Origin: a virus
Strand: one strand, 5' to 3'
IMG/VR virus record: IMGVR_UViG_3300032047_002388
Span: 1 to 64,000 of that record
DNA: 64,000 nt
In this document: piece by piece, positions 28,640 to 37,964 of the stretch
Position numbering within the stretch: position 1 is the first letter of the stretch
How the letters are laid out: each line of letters starts with the position of its first letter
Position numbers and translations under genes: made by a program
Notes under the pieces: model-generated
What the model was told of the DNA's origin: nothing
Seen by the model: the letters and a program-made list of their open reading frames with translations, nothing else
Databases searched by the model: none

Positions 28640-28703
28640 TTAGTATCTGAAGTAGTATTAGTATTGGTGCCCGTCTCCAAAGGGTTTTAAATTTTTTTTA
28701 TAA

Positions 28704-28901
28704 ATGGAAGGTAAACACACAACAGTAGCTTATAAGCTTAAAAGAAGTAGAAAGGTAAAAGTAGAGGTTTTCCCATATCATGTGGATAGAATCAACAATT
28801 CCAGGTCTACCAAACCTATAATCCCCCACGATGCAGAGATTCTCTCTATGGGAGTAGGTGAGGGTTTCCTTGAAGTCTACAAAAAAAAGTATAAAGTTTA
28901 G
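28704..28901 (+). CDS. hypothetical protein
   Basis: 65-aa ORF. Confidence 0.6.
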   Translation: MEGKHTTVAYKLKRSRKVKVEVFPYHVDRINNSRSTKPIIPHDAEILSMGVGEGFLEVYKKKYKV

Positions 28902-28902
28902 G

Positions 28903-28968
28903 TAAAATAATTGGGTTTTTATTTGGAGCTTTGAGCTATTTTTCGTATATTAGCTATGTAAGATTGAG
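28903..28968 (+). promoter_or_regulatory. conserved early-type promoter repeat (TTGGAGCTTT allele)
   Basis: TTGGAGCTTT...TATATTAGCTATGTAAGATTGAG. Confidence 0.8.
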
Positions 28969-28989
28969 AGATATAAAAAACCTAAAATT

Positions 28990-29217
28990 ATGAGTAAATT
29001 TAAAAACCTATTTGAACGATTAAAACCTGAGATTCGAGAAAAGATACTTTCTGAACAATCAGAGTTTCCAACTCACATCGGTCTTTTGATAAAAGAGATG
29101 GAGAAAAACGTAGCTATAACTGAGATGAAGTTAGGTGATTTAACATCAATATCAAATTTCTGTAAAGGGTATTGTAACGAAATAAATGATTTGTACAATA
29201 TGTTCGAAGATATTTAA
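28990..29217 (+). CDS. small early protein
   Basis: ORF with its own promoter. Confidence 0.7.
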   Translation: MSKFKNLFERLKPEIREKILSEQSEFPTHIGLLIKEMEKNVAITEMKLGDLTSISNFCKGYCNEINDLYNMFEDI

Positions 29218-29271
29218 AAAAAGCCATTGTGGTCTCGATTTTATTTCGTATATTAGCTATGTAAGATTGAG
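29216..29271 (+). promoter_or_regulatory. conserved early-type promoter repeat (ATTGTRGTCT allele)
   Basis: GCCATTGTGGTCTC...TATATTAGCTATGTAAGATTGAG. Confidence 0.8.
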
Positions 29272-29296
29272 AAAGTTAAACCTTAAAAATTAAAAT

Positions 29297-29446
29297 ATGT
29301 ATTCACTTCCAAACATTTCAGAAGAATTCGATTCAATTTCAGAACTAGTAAACTTTGTACTCCAAGAAGGAGTTGACCCAAACTATGAGGTTACCAAGAA
29401 TGGTAATGGTATGGGTGAAGATTTAACTGATTTCATAGTTCACTAA
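29297..29446 (+). CDS. small acidic early protein (49 aa)
   Basis: own translation MYSLPNISEEF...DFIVH after a promoter. Confidence 0.65.
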   Translation: MYSLPNISEEFDSISELVNFVLQEGVDPNYEVTKNGNGMGEDLTDFIVH

Positions 29447-29447
29447 G

Positions 29448-29639
29448 ATGGAAAGTTGGTATTACCGAGAAATGGGTTCTCGTAACAAGAAAACTGGTAA
29501 GTTAAATTACTACAATGTTCGAGTTACGAATTATGTTATCGATGATTGTGAATGTCCCGCACGAGGATTCCGAAGATATACCCCATGTAAACACATGAAG
29601 AGGTTACACGAAAAATTATCACACCTACAAATTTCATAA
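29448..29639 (+). CDS. SWIM zinc-finger protein
   Basis: CECP...PCKH. Confidence 0.75.
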   Translation: MESWYYREMGSRNKKTGKLNYYNVRVTNYVIDDCECPARGFRRYTPCKHMKRLHEKLSHLQIS

Positions 29640-29644
29640 AATCT

Positions 29645-29718
29645 GGCCGAGTAGCTCAATTGGATAGAGCAATAGCCTTCTAAGCTATCGGTTGAAGGTT
29701 CGAGTCCTTCCTCGGTCA
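29645..29718 (+). tRNA. tRNA-Arg(TCT)
   Basis: GGCCGAG/CTCGGTC acceptor, ATAGC-CTTCTAA-GCTAT anticodon arm, GGTTCGAGTCC T arm; CCA not encoded. Confidence 0.95.
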
Positions 29719-29745
29719 CAAAATTACTATAAAAATCATTATGGT

Positions 29746-29754
29746 ATATTTATA
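29746..29754 (+). promoter_or_regulatory. putative late promoter ATAYTTATA
   Basis: ATATTTATA between the tRNA and metK. Confidence 0.4.
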
Positions 29755-29783
29755 GATAGTACGTTAATATTAAAAAAAGTTAC

Positions 29784-30740
29784 ATGATTAGAACCGCAGA
29801 ATTCGTATCACCCTCACATCCAGATAAAATGTGTGATAGAATTTCGGATGCTCTACTAGATTTGTGTTTGGAACAAGACCCAAACTCAAGATGTGCAATC
29901 GAAACTATGGGTGGCAACCAAAAAATCTTCATTACAGGCGAGGTAACAACTGAAGCAAAACTTACAGATGGAGATATCAAACGAGTAGTTAAACAAATTA
30001 CTAACATAGATGATGTAATTATTCATCTAAACACACAATCACCAGAGATTGCTCAAGGAGTTGATACTGGTGGTGCAGGAGACCAAGGAATAATGATTGG
30101 CTATGCTTGTGATGAGAATCAGGAGTATGTTCCCCAAGAGTATTTTTTGGCTAGAAATCTTAATAGATACCTATATGCCAACTACAGGTCAGATGGAAAA
30201 ACCCAAGTTACTATGAATGGTAACTCATTAAGGGTTGTTGCTTCGTTCTGTGGAGCACCGACTGAACAGTTAGAGAAGAAAACAACTAAATTTTTCTCTC
30301 AATTTCCCCAATATCACATTGAAGCATTACATTGTAATCCCGCAGGTGATTGGGATATCGGTGGATTTACTGCCGATGCAGGGTTGACTGGTAGAAAACT
30401 GGCCGTAGATAACTATGGACCAAGAGTTCCACTAGGTGGTGGAGCCTTTAGTGGGAAGGATGCTACCAAAGTTGACAGGTCAGCAGCCTATATGGCGAGG
30501 AGAATCGCAGTAGATATCCTAAAAGAGAAGGGTGCAAAGGAGGTATATGTACAACTTGCATACGCAATTGGGTACGACCAACCTCTTCAAGCCACTGCTA
30601 TCGTAGATGGTGAACACCAATTCGTAAAAGGATATGATTTATCACCAAAAGGAATTATAGATTTCCTTAAATTACAAGAACCAATTTATGAAAGAACAGC
30701 AAATTTCGGACACTTCGGAAATGGATTCGAGTGGAGATAA
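29784..30740 (+). CDS. metK: S-adenosylmethionine synthetase
   Basis: HPDKMCD, GAGDQG, DGKTQ, DAGLTGRK, GGGAFSGKD. Confidence 0.95.
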   Translation: MIRTAEFVSPSHPDKMCDRISDALLDLCLEQDPNSRCAIETMGGNQKIFITGEVTTEAKLTDGDIKRVVKQITNIDDVIIHLNTQSPEIAQGVDTGGAGDQGIMIGYACDENQEYVPQEYFLARNLNRYLYANYRSDGKTQVTMNGNSLRVVASFCGAPTEQLEKKTTKFFSQFPQYHIEALHCNPAGDWDIGGFTADAGLTGRKLAVDNYGPRVPLGGGAFSGKDATKVDRSAAYMARRIAVDILKEKGAKEVYVQLAYAIGYDQPLQATAIVDGEHQFVKGYDLSPKGIIDFLKLQEPIYERTANFGHFGNGFEWR

Positions 30741-31575
30741 CTTTGGAACACCCAAAGAACAGAATCCAACAGTATATGGTAAGTACTACCATGACTTTTT
30801 TAACGATAAATTCGTAAGAGAGATTATTCACCCTAACAAAGATAAGGGATATTTCGTAGATTGTGGTGCAACAGATGGAATTTTACAATCTCAAACACTT
30901 AGATTCGAAGAAGATGGTTGGGATGGTATCTGTATTGAACCGAATTGGGCATTCCACGATGAGTTAGAAAAGAACAGAAAGTGTATTATTGAGAAATCAG
31001 CGATAGTACCGAAGGGTTATGAAGGAATGCATGCGTTCAAACAGAAGGAAGCCCACACATTATCTCATGTTATATTCAACGCAAACGAGATGAGTCAGAA
31101 AACTTACGATGTACCAGGTATAAGTATCACCTCAATATTACAGAAACACGATGCTCCAATAGAGATTGATTTCATGGGTATCGATATTGAAGGTAAGTTT
31201 GGAGATGCGTTTTGTATTGAAGAACAGATGTTAGAGGAACTGATTAAATCGAAGTACAAAGTTAACTTCTTTTCAATAGAACATTATTGGCCACCATCAT
31301 TAGAGAAGGTATTTAACGAATCGAATTACGTTAAAGTATTTAATCCATTCTTAAAAGGGATATGGTTGAATAGAAAAGATGGGTTAACCTACACCTTATC
31401 ACCTTGGGGTCATTTTATTTGTCAACAATTTGGTAACGAAGTAGAGATTGACATGAAAGATTTATCACCCATTACTTGGGAATGTTATTATGTTCATATC
31501 GATGTGGTGAAAAAGAATAGTTACTTGAAAAGGTTTTTAAACCCTTTGTTCGATTCGAAGTTACTTTATCAGTAG
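30688..31575 (+). CDS. FkbM-family methyltransferase
   Basis: VDCGATDG, GICIEPN, IDFMGIDIEG. Confidence 0.8.
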   Translation: MKEQQISDTSEMDSSGDNFGTPKEQNPTVYGKYYHDFFNDKFVREIIHPNKDKGYFVDCGATDGILQSQTLRFEEDGWDGICIEPNWAFHDELEKNRKCIIEKSAIVPKGYEGMHAFKQKEAHTLSHVIFNANEMSQKTYDVPGISITSILQKHDAPIEIDFMGIDIEGKFGDAFCIEEQMLEELIKSKYKVNFFSIEHYWPPSLEKVFNESNYVKVFNPFLKGIWLNRKDGLTYTLSPWGHFICQQFGNEVEIDMKDLSPITWECYYVHIDVVKKNSYLKRFLNPLFDSKLLYQ

Positions 31576-31681
31576 CTTAGTAGCTATAGTAGGGCCACTT
31601 CCTAGTAGCAGGTTGTCCCCCCTACCCCCCAATTATTACTTATTAGCTAGCTTACATATAGCAAAAAAACAAAAACGTAAA

Positions 31682-31924
31682 ATGAAAAAACAAAAAGTAG
31701 TACAAGAACAGTTATGGTACAAGTATTTAGTACTGTATTTTGGAACGGCGATGATGATGTTCTCACCTTTTGTAATCGATTCAGTATATGGAAAGATTGG
31801 GATGTTAATTGGATTAACTCTCATCACCATTCAAACTGAGGTTACAAAACAGAGAAACTTAACACTGCTTAACTTAGTAGGAATTTGTGGATATTTATAT
31901 TCACTACTAACATCACATTATTAA
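31682..31924 (+). CDS. 3-TM small membrane protein
   Basis: paralog of the membrane part of 16430; start moved to ATG 31682. Confidence 0.6.
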   Translation: MKKQKVVQEQLWYKYLVLYFGTAMMMFSPFVIDSVYGKIGMLIGLTLITIQTEVTKQRNLTLLNLVGICGYLYSLLTSHY

Positions 31925-32476
31925 ATGAGTAAACTAATAAATCTATTTGGTGGACCAGGTATCGGTAAATCATCCATCTCCGCAGGAATTACTTATAAAT
32001 TAAAAAAGAAACATATCAGTTGTAACAATCCATACGAATTTCCCAAAAGGTTAGCTTGGGATAATAACATACCAGCAATCAAAGACCAGTTGTATGTATT
32101 CGCAAATCAACATCGAGGAATTGCAGAATGTTATGGTAAGGTTGATTACATAATCATTGATTCACCTATTTTATTCTCTACAATCTATCACAGATACTAT
32201 ACTGAAGGATATCCCGCAGAGTTCTATGGTGAACCCTTCCACAATCTAGTTATTGATTTACATAAGAAATATGATAATATCAACATTCTACTAGAACGTA
32301 CACAAGGTGACCACAATGATGATGAGAGATTTCAGAACTTAGAAGAATCAATTGCAATCGATAACCTATGTAAAAAAGTATTGGAAGATAATAATATTCC
32401 ATATCATGTAGTTAAGGTTGGACCGAAATCGGTAAAGGATATACTTAAAATTATAAATGAAAACTCAAAGGTTTAA
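31925..32476 (+). CDS. NadR/AAA_28-like P-loop kinase
   Basis: GGPGIGKS, IIDSPIL. Confidence 0.75.
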   Translation: MSKLINLFGGPGIGKSSISAGITYKLKKKHISCNNPYEFPKRLAWDNNIPAIKDQLYVFANQHRGIAECYGKVDYIIIDSPILFSTIYHRYYTEGYPAEFYGEPFHNLVIDLHKKYDNINILLERTQGDHNDDERFQNLEESIAIDNLCKKVLEDNNIPYHVVKVGPKSVKDILKIINENSKV

Positions 32477-33077
32477 TCCAGATTGGATACACGATGAACC
32501 AAACAGTAGTACTCTAGGACTCGGTAAACTTCTATGGGAGTTAGAGTTTCATAGAAAAAGAGAACTACAAATGTATCCACCACCTAAAATGAGGATGTTG
32601 GAAATCGGTTCTTATATGGGAGAATCTACTATGATGTTCGCATCAACTAACCTATTCTATGAAATACATTGTGTTGAGCCATTTCAAGGTGAAGAGAAAT
32701 ATAATCACTGGCAAGGATATGATTGGGAGTTTATAGAAAACGAGTTTAAAACAAATACTAGATTCTTTGATAACATAGTTCTACACAAAGATTATAGTTA
32801 CAATATAATAAATGATTTAGAAGATAAATCTTTTGATTTCATTTATATCGATGGTAACCACGAACAACATGAAGTAGAACGAGATATTACATTGTGTTTA
32901 CCTAAACTAAAAAAAGATGGAGTTATCGCAGGACACGATTATCACAAAAACTGGCCAGGGGTTATGGAGGCTGTTGATACGTTAGTTGGTAAACCAGATT
33001 GGATATACAGAGATACAAGTTGGATAAAATATGAAATACAAACTGCTGAAGAACGTAGTACCAAACCACTATTGTGA
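32457..33077 (+). CDS. class I SAM methyltransferase (Methyltransf_24-like)
   Basis: LEIGSYMGES, FIYIDGNH, IAGHDY. Confidence 0.85.
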   Translation: MKTQRFNPDWIHDEPNSSTLGLGKLLWELEFHRKRELQMYPPPKMRMLEIGSYMGESTMMFASTNLFYEIHCVEPFQGEEKYNHWQGYDWEFIENEFKTNTRFFDNIVLHKDYSYNIINDLEDKSFDFIYIDGNHEQHEVERDITLCLPKLKKDGVIAGHDYHKNWPGVMEAVDTLVGKPDWIYRDTSWIKYEIQTAEERSTKPLL

Positions 33078-33657
33078 ATACCTACAAGAATACACATTAG
33101 AACTTAAGAAAAGAACTAGTGAGGTATTAGGTAAACAGAAATCAAATGGAGGAGGGATATATTGGAGAGGATTAGATATGGCATCTAGTTGTGATTTATC
33201 ATCGGATGAAGAGAATCAGAAACTATATGATATCTACACCTCTAAGTTTATGTATGATATAATAACACCATATATCCCCAACCCATACCTATTCAATGAC
33301 CAGGTAGTTGTCAAAGAACCTAACGAGGACTTTGTATTTGAATCACATTATGATAATCAACATGGACCAACCCCTGGCGATAAAAGTTTAGTAACTATTA
33401 ACTGTATGATAGTACTAGATGATTTCACCGATGAGAATGGTGCGATAGAAGTAATGGATACTAATTGGATAAGGTTATATCCGAAGGTTGGGGATATCTT
33501 AATGATAGAAGGATTCACTTCACATAGAAGTTTCAAGAATAATTCGGATGATGTTAGAAGGGCGTATCTTTGTGTGTACTCTAATAAACCAATAGGTAAA
33601 GGATTCAAAAGTGGTTTCTATTATAACAATTTTGTTATATCAAAACAAATTCGATGA
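33031..33657 (+). CDS. PhyH-like 2OG-Fe(II) dioxygenase
   Basis: HYD, LDDFTDENGA, HRS..N.S...RR. Confidence 0.8.
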   Translation: MKYKLLKNVVPNHYCEYLQEYTLELKKRTSEVLGKQKSNGGGIYWRGLDMASSCDLSSDEENQKLYDIYTSKFMYDIITPYIPNPYLFNDQVVVKEPNEDFVFESHYDNQHGPTPGDKSLVTINCMIVLDDFTDENGAIEVMDTNWIRLYPKVGDILMIEGFTSHRSFKNNSDDVRRAYLCVYSNKPIGKGFKSGFYYNNFVISKQIR

Positions 33658-34442
33658 AGAAGGTAATAGTTTCAATAGCAAGTCCTGATTATATACAATA
33701 CTTTCTTCCTATGATTCAAAGTTCAATTGATGAAGGAAAGTGGGATGGTGATTTCTGTTTAATCGTAAATGAAGATATTGAATGGGAGTTAGCTAATAAA
33801 CTAATACAAAAAAGAGTTCATATATTTAAAACACCTCAACTACCAGAAAACCCAACAATCCATTGGCATAAAATGTATTTGTTTGATAGGTACTTTAAAA
33901 AATGGGATTGGATATTATATTGTGATTTAGATGTTTTATTTTTAAATCCAATAGAACTTAATTTATCAGAAAAAGATAAGAACTTCATTTATACCAAAAA
34001 AGATGATTTATCATTTATGGAACATTTCTCAGATAATGAATCCAAAGAGAAAGATTTGATATATGAGAAGTATGGTGATGGAGATGCATTACAAAGTTGT
34101 TTCTTATTATATCATAGTGATATGATTGATTCTAATTACTTTAAAAAATTATACGATGCATACTTGTATTACTATTGTGAACATAAACTAAACAAAAAAC
34201 CATATTGGGACCAAACGATATTTAATATTGTGTTTTATAAAAAGTGGTTAGATATTGGTGATGAGTTTATAGCAATAAATCCTATGATGCATGATATTGA
34301 TTGGAATTGGGATAAATTGAATAATCCCTATACAGATACTAATGATTATAGTAATACAACAGCACTACACTTTTTTCATTTTGTAGCACCTTGGGATAAG
34401 AATAATTTAAGATTTTACCCTATTTGGAAAAAATATAATTAG
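33654..34442 (+). CDS. glycosyltransferase family 8-like
   Basis: YCDLDVL, DQTIFN, LHF...PW. Confidence 0.75.
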   Translation: MKKVIVSIASPDYIQYFLPMIQSSIDEGKWDGDFCLIVNEDIEWELANKLIQKRVHIFKTPQLPENPTIHWHKMYLFDRYFKKWDWILYCDLDVLFLNPIELNLSEKDKNFIYTKKDDLSFMEHFSDNESKEKDLIYEKYGDGDALQSCFLLYHSDMIDSNYFKKLYDAYLYYYCEHKLNKKPYWDQTIFNIVFYKKWLDIGDEFIAINPMMHDIDWNWDKLNNPYTDTNDYSNTTALHFFHFVAPWDKNNLRFYPIWKKYN

Positions 34443-35282
34443 ATGAGCGAAATAAAAGTTAACATCAATCCTAATAGTAATCGTAAACTATGGGTATATG
34501 GTTGTTCTTATTCTGATAATTGGAACGATAGAGTAATACCTTATGAAGAAACATGGTGGGGAATCATAGCGAAAGAACTAAACCTCAACGTAGTAAGAAA
34601 CCATCATGAAGATGAGGATGATGTAATAAGAACACAATTCGGATTAGGTGGACAAGGATGGAATAGTGTAGAGAGACAAATCCTTATGACTATGAATGAA
34701 TGGAGTAAGGACGATGTAATCATAATAGAAGAACCCCCAAGAATACGAAGTCAATGGCACAACCTTAAACTAGAAGGATGGGAAAATATGGACCACAAAA
34801 TTCTGTCAACCATATTACCTGAGCAATACAATAACAAACCCTTATTCAAGGATTTACAATTAAATGATTATAACCGAGTGATGAGACACGAGGCGGTAAA
34901 CTTAGATTCTCTCAGCGGACTACAAGATATCTACCTTATACAAGGATACCTTAACTTCTCTATGTATAGGGGAACAATCGAGTCGTTAACTCAGCATTTC
35001 CCCAACATCCACACATGGAACTTTGAAGGAGGATACTTAGATTGGTATTGGGGAGAAGAAAATAAACTCACAACCGGTGCGATACTTCCCCTATGGGATG
35101 AGTTTAAAGAGAAACCCTACCGATTAAAGTTTGGATTATGGGATACTTATATAGAATGGATGTGGAGAACTCCTCTTGCGTGGGCGAATTGGAAGAAGGT
35201 TGACGACCATCAAAACGCGTATGGACACAAGGTAATGGGGAAAATGTTTGTTAAGCAATTAAGAACTAAGTATGGTTTATAA
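34443..35282 (+). CDS. SGNH-like protein
   Basis: YGCSYS, DDHQNAYGH. Confidence 0.55.
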   Translation: MSEIKVNINPNSNRKLWVYGCSYSDNWNDRVIPYEETWWGIIAKELNLNVVRNHHEDEDDVIRTQFGLGGQGWNSVERQILMTMNEWSKDDVIIIEEPPRIRSQWHNLKLEGWENMDHKILSTILPEQYNNKPLFKDLQLNDYNRVMRHEAVNLDSLSGLQDIYLIQGYLNFSMYRGTIESLTQHFPNIHTWNFEGGYLDWYWGEENKLTTGAILPLWDEFKEKPYRLKFGLWDTYIEWMWRTPLAWANWKKVDDHQNAYGHKVMGKMFVKQLRTKYGL

Positions 35283-35347
35283 TACTATCAATATATATCA
35301 AGATAAAAAGTCCGAAGCGAAAACGACGAAAAAAGTTGTAAAAAGAT

Positions 35348-35380
35348 TTGGAGCTTTGGATTTTATTTCGTATATTAGCT
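35348..35380 (+). promoter_or_regulatory. early-type promoter (TTGGAGCTTT allele)
   Basis: TTGGAGCTTT...TATATTAGCT. Confidence 0.75.
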
Positions 35381-35635
35381 ATGAATTTAAAAATTATTAG
35401 AGATATGGTACACAAAAATGGCAACAAAGATTTTAAATCTTTTAAATCGAATGGAACTCAATATCACACATATGATAACAAGTTTCACAATTGGGATGGT
35501 CCGGCCATCATTAAAGAGAATGGCGATAAACAATGGTTCATATATGGTATAGAATATACCAAACAAGAATTTCAAAACCAAGTTGGAGAAATGAATAGGA
35601 GAAACGATGCAACCTCGATTCCAAAAAACATATAA
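35381..35635 (+). CDS. hypothetical protein with an H-x-x-DGPA repeat unit
   Basis: FHNWDGPAII..NGDKQW; start moved past the promoter. Confidence 0.6.
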   Translation: MNLKIIRDMVHKNGNKDFKSFKSNGTQYHTYDNKFHNWDGPAIIKENGDKQWFIYGIEYTKQEFQNQVGEMNRRNDATSIPKNI

Positions 35636-35853
35636 TGAAGTACGACCCAAAGAACCCCTTATCTGAACAAGAACTCGATAAACTCGGTAAAGAGGATTTT
35701 GATGGTTTCATTGAATACCTTGATGGTATGAGTGAACACAAGAAACGAAAAAAGAATCCTAGAGTGAAAGAGATGAAAGAAAAGAAAAGGCAAGTATTGA
35801 GAAATACTGGTATATATAAAATCAAAACAAACCGAGACCAGTGGTTTGATTAA
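35635..35853 (+). CDS. hypothetical protein
   Basis: coupled ORF. Confidence 0.65.
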   Translation: MKYDPKNPLSEQELDKLGKEDFDGFIEYLDGMSEHKKRKKNPRVKEMKEKKRQVLRNTGIYKIKTNRDQWFD

Positions 35854-35855
35854 CT

Positions 35856-36047
35856 ATGAGAAAATTAATTTATTTAATAGTACCTAACGAAGGAAACTAC
35901 TACCATGTAGAGTTTATTACCGATAGAGAACCCAAGTGGACAGAAGAACAATTTCTACGTCATAGACGTGGATACAAGATGGAGATGATAAGTAATGAAG
36001 AAGCAGAGGAGAAAATCCCAACATCAAGAGAAGTTAAGTTGGGATGA
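35856..36047 (+). CDS. hypothetical protein
   Basis: ORF within the operon. Confidence 0.6.
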   Translation: MRKLIYLIVPNEGNYYHVEFITDREPKWTEEQFLRHRRGYKMEMISNEEAEEKIPTSREVKLG

Positions 36048-36048
36048 T

Positions 36049-36174
36049 ATGACTTATGGTGAGGCATCTCACCACATCGGTAAGAAAACAACTGAGAAGG
36101 TACACAAATCTCAGAAGGATTATAATCGTAAAAAGAAACACAAGAACAGAGGTTTCGATGATAACGATTGGTAG
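36049..36174 (+). CDS. small basic protein (41 aa)
   Basis: ...KVHKSQKDYNRKKKHK. Confidence 0.5.
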   Translation: MTYGEASHHIGKKTTEKVHKSQKDYNRKKKHKNRGFDDNDW

Positions 36175-36177
36175 AAT

Positions 36178-36249
36178 GGCCCGTTCGTCTATCGGTTAGG
36201 ACGTTAGGTTTTCATCCTAGAAAGAGGAGTTCGATTCTCCTACGGGCTA
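36178..36249 (+). tRNA. tRNA-Glu(TTC)
   Basis: GGCCCGT/ACGGGCT acceptor, TTAGG-TTTTCAT-CCTAG arm, GTTCGATTC T arm; CCA not encoded. Confidence 0.93.
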
Positions 36250-36271
36250 CTAATTTTTTTAAAAGACAATA

Positions 36272-36445
36272 ATGAATGAAAGAGAAGATTTCTTAAAGGG
36301 TGTTATTGTATTTGTATTAGCAGCAATAGCAATTTCATATATAACACGATTAATCGGACACCCTCTAAACGCACTAGAGGGTTTCGGTGTTGTTATGCTA
36401 TTGGTATTAATAAAGAATTACTTTGATATGAATAGTGAAACATGA
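36272..36445 (+). CDS. small two-TM membrane protein (57 aa)
   Basis: own translation; ATGA-coupled to the next gene. Confidence 0.55.
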   Translation: MNEREDFLKGVIVFVLAAIAISYITRLIGHPLNALEGFGVVMLLVLIKNYFDMNSET

Positions 36446-36645
36446 GATATCCTTCATATAAGAGACCGATTGAAAGAGTTAATAATAAACTATATGTTAT
36501 ACACGCAGAGTACGAACAACATAAGATAAAGAACGTATCAATGGTAAAAGAATGGTTGGGAGTAGATACTGTATTTAGACAACATTCAAAAGGTACTTAT
36601 ATTTTTTGTGAGGAAATTCAAGATGTAGATTGGGAAAATGTATAA
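36442..36645 (+). CDS. hypothetical protein
   Basis: coupled ORF. Confidence 0.65.
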   Translation: MRYPSYKRPIERVNNKLYVIHAEYEQHKIKNVSMVKEWLGVDTVFRQHSKGTYIFCEEIQDVDWENV

Positions 36646-37168
36646 TCAAGAAGTAATATTTACCAAAGAAGAATGTAAACGTATCATTGATATGAATAGT
36701 GGATTTACACAAAGTAAATTAGCTTCTGCAGATGATGGATATAAATCATCGGAAAGGTCAAGTTATGATTCTGTAACTAAGACAACTGATGAGATACGAA
36801 ACCTACTTCTACCAAAATTATCTAAATATGGAGTGATTGAATTATCTAATTACTTTAATATTCTAAGATATGAAAAAGGTCAAGAGTTTAAAAAACATAG
36901 AGATATTGGTCTTAACAAACATACAAACAAACGATACAGAACATTAATTATACAACTATCTAACTTTGATGATTATGAAGGTGGTGATTTGATTGTATGG
37001 GATAACAACGAACAAATAGAAACTGTATGTAATAAAGAGATTGGAAATATGATTTTATTCCCATCTAAACTATTACATCAAGCAAAACCAGTTATAAGTG
37101 GAACACGATATGTAATGACATTTTTTCTTACAAACGAACACTTTAACATAAAAAACACTCTAATTTAA
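36638..37168 (+). CDS. 2OG-Fe(II) oxygenase (prolyl hydroxylase/PiuC-like)
   Basis: HRD, YEGGDL, LFPS..LH...PV.SGTRY. Confidence 0.85.
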   Translation: MYNQEVIFTKEECKRIIDMNSGFTQSKLASADDGYKSSERSSYDSVTKTTDEIRNLLLPKLSKYGVIELSNYFNILRYEKGQEFKKHRDIGLNKHTNKRYRTLIIQLSNFDDYEGGDLIVWDNNEQIETVCNKEIGNMILFPSKLLHQAKPVISGTRYVMTFFLTNEHFNIKNTLI

Positions 37169-37180
37169 TATGTATATAAT

Positions 37181-37639
37181 ATGAGATGGGTAGAATACTT
37201 TAGAACTTTGGCTCACACGGTCAAACTAAAATCCAAAGATGAGAACACACAAATTGGTGCAATCATAGTTGGTAAGGATAAAGAAATTGTATCTACTGGT
37301 TATAACTCATTTCCACGAGGATTAAAAGATAACATTAGAGAAAGACAACAAAGACCAGAAAAGTATTTTTGGTTTGAACACGCAGAAAGAAATGCGATAT
37401 ATAACGCTGCAAGAATAGGAGTATCAACTAAGGGTTGTACTATGTATCTATCTTGTGGAATCCCTTGTTCAGATTGTGCAAGGGGAATTATAAATGCTGG
37501 TATCACACGAATCTTTTGTGAAAGAGGTGATGTTACCAAAGGAAAACATTGGGAGGAGAACTACGAAAGAAGTTGGGCGATGTTGGAAGAGGCTGGAATC
37601 AATGTTCAATTTTATGACGATGAATTTTTAAGCTTATGA
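37181..37639 (+). CDS. dCMP deaminase
   Basis: STGYN, HAERNAI, PCSDC. Confidence 0.9.
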   Translation: MRWVEYFRTLAHTVKLKSKDENTQIGAIIVGKDKEIVSTGYNSFPRGLKDNIRERQQRPEKYFWFEHAERNAIYNAARIGVSTKGCTMYLSCGIPCSDCARGIINAGITRIFCERGDVTKGKHWEENYERSWAMLEEAGINVQFYDDEFLSL

Positions 37640-37763
37640 ACATAGATAAATTTATAGAAACAAGTACAAAGAGTGAAATTTTAAATAAACTCTTAGAACT
37701 TAAAACACAACCTCAAACAGAGGATGTGAAATTATTAATACAAAAATTACAACAAACACTAAG

Positions 37764-37946
37764 ATGACAGAAGAAAAGATGATTGAGGAGATTCTATATG
37801 AATCCCATTCGGTTGGTATGAGAAGTGAGGTAATGAGCAGAGCAAACGATATCATGGGTTCTGAGGATTTCAAGTCAGATTGGAGAAATAGAAGAGTTGA
37901 CGCATATCAACAAGCTTACAAAGAACTAGTTGGTAGTAAATTCTAA
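37764..37946 (+). CDS. hypothetical protein
   Basis: 60-aa ORF. Confidence 0.6.
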   Translation: MTEEKMIEEILYESHSVGMRSEVMSRANDIMGSEDFKSDWRNRRVDAYQQAYKELVGSKF

Positions 37947-37952
37947 TAAGTC

Positions 37953-37961
37953 ATATTTATA
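37953..37961 (+). promoter_or_regulatory. putative late promoter ATAYTTATA
   Basis: ATATTTATA 3 nt before ATG 37965. Confidence 0.5.
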
Positions 37962-37964
37962 TAC

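Noticed and set aside
29645-36249. tRNAs as prophage attachment sites
   Set aside because: No integrase, no duplicated tRNA 3' end and no host-like flank; they appear to be phage-encoded tRNAs
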